From the NCBI RefSeq assembly GCF_902713615.1, contig NC_052157.1, positions 160,347,442 to 160,411,441 on the forward strand: a stretch of DNA of 64,000 bases, written 5' to 3'. This DNA comes from Scyliorhinus canicula. Its lineage: Eukaryota. Under the pieces are notes generated by a model, which was not told the origin of the DNA, made no database searches, and saw only the letters and a program-made list of their open reading frames with translations. The translations under genes were made by a program, and so were the position numbers. This document shows, piece after piece, positions 59,949 to 64,000 of this stretch (position 1 is the first letter of the stretch; each line of letters starts with the position of its first letter).

Positions 59949-60534
59949 TGTCCTGTTCATTTCTCAGCAGTTTTACCCTGTATTTGCCACACTTTGTTCC
60001 CAAGGTACGAGCTCTTGTCCTCTCCTTGCCCTTTATCTGTAGCTGAACTGAACACAACCTTGCCATCTGATTTGATTGTGAGATGAAGTTCCAAAGCTTT
60101 ATCCACTCTGCCAATAAGACCATCCACTCCCACCACTAGAGCATAGAACATACAGTGCAGAAGGAGGCCATTCGGCCCATTGAATCTGCACTGACCCACT
60201 CAAGCCCTCACCTCCACCCTATTCCCGTAACCCAATAACCCCTCCTAACCTTTTTGTTCACTAAGGGCAATTTAGCATGGCCAATCCACCTAACCTGTAC
60301 GTCTTTGGACTGTGGGAGGAAACCCACGCAGACACGGGGAGAACGTGCAGACTCCGCACAGACAGTGACCCAAGCCGGGAATCGAACCTGGGACCCTGGC
60401 GCTGTGAAGCCACAGTGCTATCCACTTGTGCTACCGTGCTGCCCATGGCACACGACAGTGACCCGTGGCCGGGATTGAACCCAGGTCCTTGGCGCTGTGA
60501 GGAAACAGTGCTCAGCACCATGCCACTGTAGCAT

Positions 60535-61225
60535 TGCTGATCTCCACCTCACCCATCAGCTGCTGAAACTCACATTTGTGTCTTTGTTACTTCCGCACTC
60601 AGCGATTCCAACCCACTGTATGCCAGCCTGTCACCATCGAGCCTCTGTGAACCTCAGCTGCTCATGTCCCATTTGCACCAAGTCCACCCGTCTGCTGGGC
60701 CCCCAATTCTCATCCCTCCATGACCTCGCCCCCTCTCTGAAATCTTCTCCAACCTCCAACTCGCTCAGATCTCAGGCCACCCTGGTATCCCTGATTTAAA
60801 TGGCTTTGTCAGCTGCCTGGGTCCGAAGCTCTGGACTTTCCCTCAATATCCTTTGCCTTATTCTCCTTTTTAAGATGCTCTTTAAAATCTCCCTCTTTGA
60901 CCACGCTTTTGGTGACCTTTTCGCCATCTGTAGCTCAGTCTCAAACTGTGTTTTTTTTCCAATTAAGGGGCAATTTAGCGTGGCCAAGCCACCTACCCTG
61001 CACATCTTTGGGTTGTGGGGGTGAGACCCACGCAGACACGGGGAGAATGTGCAAACTCCACACGGACAGTGACCCAGGGCTGGGATTGAACCTGGGACCC
61101 TCGCTGCCGTGAGGCTGCAGAGCTAACCACTGCGCCACCCAGCAAACCATGTTTAATTAATGCGCCTACGAAACACTTTGGGGATTTACTATGTTAAAGT
61201 CACTAGATAAATGCAGGCTATCATT
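60535..61225 (+). mobile_element. Old L2-type LINE 3' end, interrupted by a SINE
   Basis: Degenerate gccttcagctgcctgggccctaagctctgg and ctctttgacca motifs; the tail ataaatgcagg ends just before the EMC6 acceptor. Confidence 0.55.
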
Positions 61226-61280
61226 GCATCTCTTTGTTCACTCACAGGCTCTTCTTTCCAGTGGCATTCCTGAGCTTGTA

Positions 61281-61613
61281 ATGGCTGCCATGGGCTTTAA
61301 ACGGGAAGGTCCCCAGTTTATCAGCGAGTTAGCGGTACGAGGAAACGCTGCCATCCTGGACTATTGCCGCACGTCCGTGTCTGCACTGTCTGGAGCCACT
61401 GCCGGGATCCTGGGTTTGACAGCACTGACTGGTTTCATCTTCTACTTTGTTGCCTCCTTCCTCCTCTCTGTGCTGCTGATAGTGAAAGCCGGCCGTCGCT
61501 GGAGCAAGTACTTCAAGTCCCGCCGTCCTCTCTTCACTGGAGGCCTAGTTGGTGGGCTCTTCACCTACATCCTGTTCTGGACCTTCCTGTATGGGATGGT
61601 GCACGTGTACTGA
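61281..61613 (+). CDS. EMC6: ER membrane protein complex subunit 6 (110 aa, single coding exon)
   Basis: [47 protein letters not shown]...[17 protein letters not shown]. The true ATG is at 61281, downstream of the acceptor at 61247. Confidence 0.97.
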   Translation: MAAMGFKREGPQFISELAVRGNAAILDYCRTSVSALSGATAGILGLTALTGFIFYFVASFLLSVLLIVKAGRRWSKYFKSRRPLFTGGLVGGLFTYILFWTFLYGMVHVY

Positions 61614-62867
61614 GGTGGGAAACCCCCACTAACTCCGGCGGACAATTGGAGCGATACAAATACCTTCACTCTCGCCCCTATCCACGTATTGAATCTTCCT
61701 ATTTAAACCCATCATAGTTACAAGCCGCACAGATATTCTTACCAGTTGTAGGGTCAAACTCCGCTTCAGATTCCAGTTGTCATTAGGTTTTGGGTGGGTC
61801 AGTGTGGTTGTACATTTTTCAAATGCTGCGGGAATGTTTCAATCCCATTACAAATCTGGAAAAGCAACCCAGGGATTGGAGCGTCTGATCAGGCAGCGTC
61901 TTCCTCACTGCACTGGAGCTGCTCAGTGAGGGGTTGTGGAACTGGCCAGGTCTCCTGGAGAGGGGGGGGCCCTGGAGGGAGGTCTCAAATTTCCAATTCC
62001 TCTGCCATGTTGTGAAATGTGTTTGTTTGTGGGGGGTGGGGGGAGAGAACGTTTCTTGGAATCCAGCCCCTTCCCCGCTCATCTCCATTTGCTGGTTAAA
62101 ACCTGCTGTGTGAGTGAGAGCCAGCCACCAGCTCCTCCGTGTGTAAAGCACAACGTCTCCCTTTACTGCATGCTACATGTACCCACCCACCCGATCAGTG
62201 GCCCCACTGCCCCTCGGCTTGTGCAGGATCCACAGGCTGGAGCTCAGGAACACTGAGGGCAGTGGCTCTGCTTCACGTCCCCACTATCTGGCCGGTGGGG
62301 GGTTCTATGTAAACAACACCTGGCAGGACAAGTTCTTGTTTGCCTGGCGTGCAGTGCAGATTGGGGCTTCTCTTCGCTGCATTGTTTTGTTGACCTCACT
62401 CGCTGAGCTGAGCTGTACAAATCCCAGCAGGTGTTCCTGACTGAGATTGAAGGGCTCCGTTGGGAATGATCGTTACAGTGAGATGGGATAGTTTGCAGCA
62501 AAGACTGCCACAGTCACAGAGATTTGGCACCGTCTACAGTTTATTCTGTGCTCCATGGCCTGCATTTGGCAAAATGAAAGGCTGGGATGCTGCTGAAATG
62601 TTTTGAGCCTGGGCAGATTTAAGAAATGGGCCCTGGAGTATAGTCAGGGAGGATCGGATCGGCTTCACTGTGAGACAGGCTGTAACACATTCAGAATCTG
62701 ATAATCGGGGATTTACAATTAAAACAGTTTTGTCACTACTGCTGGTAATTGGTGTGTTTTTAAAGGAGAGCCTCGGCTGTTGTGTGGGAACCAGTGAATG
62801 TTTGAGAAAAGTAACAAATAACCTGGTCTTAATTTGTGTTTCCAGGCCGACCACCTGCTTTTAGAAA

Positions 62868-62873
62868 AATAAA
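62868..62873 (+). promoter_or_regulatory. EMC6: Candidate EMC6 polyadenylation signal
   Basis: AATAAA about 1.25 kb after the stop codon; an ATTAAA near 62718 is an alternative. Confidence 0.45.
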
Positions 62874-63130
62874 CTGAACCTGGAGATCCATTCCCACTCT
62901 GGAATTCTTTTTAAGTCTGACTTGGGCTGCCCGAGAGTTGGGTTCTGCTCCCCGCGACAAGCTCGCTCCGCTCCCCGCTCCCTCTGCTCAGTGCAGCTTA
63001 TTAACAGACTGCGCTGAGCAGGGCATCCCCCACAACTGGACGCCACCAGTCACCAGCTGCAGTGTCCACAGGTCGCTAGGAAAGGAGTTTTGTTTTGATA
63101 CAACACACATGCCCTGCCATTCATGTTTAA

Positions 63131-63336
63131 CCATGATGTGGAGATGCCGGCGTTGGACTGGGGTGAGCACAGTAAGAAGTCTTACAACACCAGGTTAAAG
63201 TCCAACAGGTTTGTTTCAAACACGAGCTTTCGGAGCACGGCTCCTTCTTCACCTGAAGAAGGAGCCGTGCTCCGAAAGCTCGTGTTTGAAACAAACCTGT
63301 TGGACTTTAACCTGGTGTTGTAAGACTTCTTACTGT
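63131..63336. mobile_element. Palindromic Penelope-like terminal-repeat insert with hammerhead-like core and 12-bp TSD
   Basis: Perfect 83-bp arms (63169-63251 and 63254-63336). CTGAAGA-AGGAGC cgt GCTCC-GAAA at 63253-63277. TSD attcatgtttaa at 63119-63130 and 63337-63348. Confidence 0.82.
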
Positions 63337-64000
63337 ATTCATGTTTAAAGCAGACAAATCATCAAAAAGCAATGTGCATCGACATCGATGCACAGTCTGC
63401 CAATAAAATGCCCCATTTGTTTCCGGCAGGAGCAGCCATGTTTACTCACCATGGGAGGTGCAGACTGCTGTTATATTCTTGTATGATGCAGGTCTCCAGT
63501 GTCATGGAAAACAGAATGACTTCCAGGTGTTGTCTAGGCCCCAGAATTAAACGCATCAAGAGCTATCCAAAGTTTAGTCCATGCATGATATCTAATCACT
63601 TTAGATAGAAATGTTTAGTGTCAGAGTGGGGGAAATGGGACGAGATGGGTCCATGGAGGGAGGCCATGGATTTAATGGGCCAAATGGCCTTTTCTTATGC
63701 TGTAAATGACTCTTTCAGAAGGGTGAGAACCTTTCAGAACTTTGTCCTGTTACAGTGCGTCATTAAAAGGCCCCACATCGCAGACGGGCTCTCCCCGGTG
63801 TCCTGATCCATCACTTCAACCAACATCAGTGAAAGCAGATAATCTGATCATTCGTGTTGCTATGTGTAGTTACTGCAGTTCAAGAGGAGGTTCACTGGCT
63901 GGGAGGTGCACTGGGACATCCGGAGGTTGCGAAAGATGGGTTAGAAATGAAAATCCTTCCTGCCATAAGAAAGTGGGCAGCACAGTGGTTATCACTGTTC

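Noticed and set aside
61191-61280. 30-aa N-terminal extension of EMC6 in the ORF track
   Set aside because: It crosses the splice acceptor at 61247 and begins in a LINE tail; the conserved protein starts at 61281.

Overview
Eukaryotic (vertebrate) genomic DNA, most likely an elasmobranch/shark. This inference rests on abundant HE1-type V-SINEs, CR1/HER1-type LINEs and DeuSINE fragments. Three host genes can be reconstructed. (1) The ankyrin-repeat part of a TRPV1-like channel on the minus strand: three firm exons at 1049-5773 and two tentative 5' exons near 20.1-20.3 kb. (2) A complete 7-coding-exon SHPK (sedoheptulokinase, 468 aa) on the minus strand, 27549-51408, plus a probable non-coding first exon near 56325. 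(3) EMC6 (110 aa, single coding exon 61281-61613) on the plus strand, head-to-head with SHPK across a CpG-island promoter; CTNS and TAX1BP3, which lie between them in human, are not seen. The rest is nested mobile DNA: a decayed Gypsy LTR element, solo LTRs, L1-, CR1- and L2-type LINEs, a two-gene Harbinger transposon, a hAT (Charlie/Buster-type) transposase with an in-frame 45-bp array, Penelope-like palindromic inserts with a hammerhead-ribozyme core, and many SINEs. About 15 distinct minisatellite arrays cover roughly a quarter of the window, and several are visibly born from retroposon motifs. Most long ORFs in the supplied track are translations of these arrays, not genes. There are two N gaps (320-644, 8391-8890). 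I found no clearly new gene system; the most interesting leads are listed under findings.
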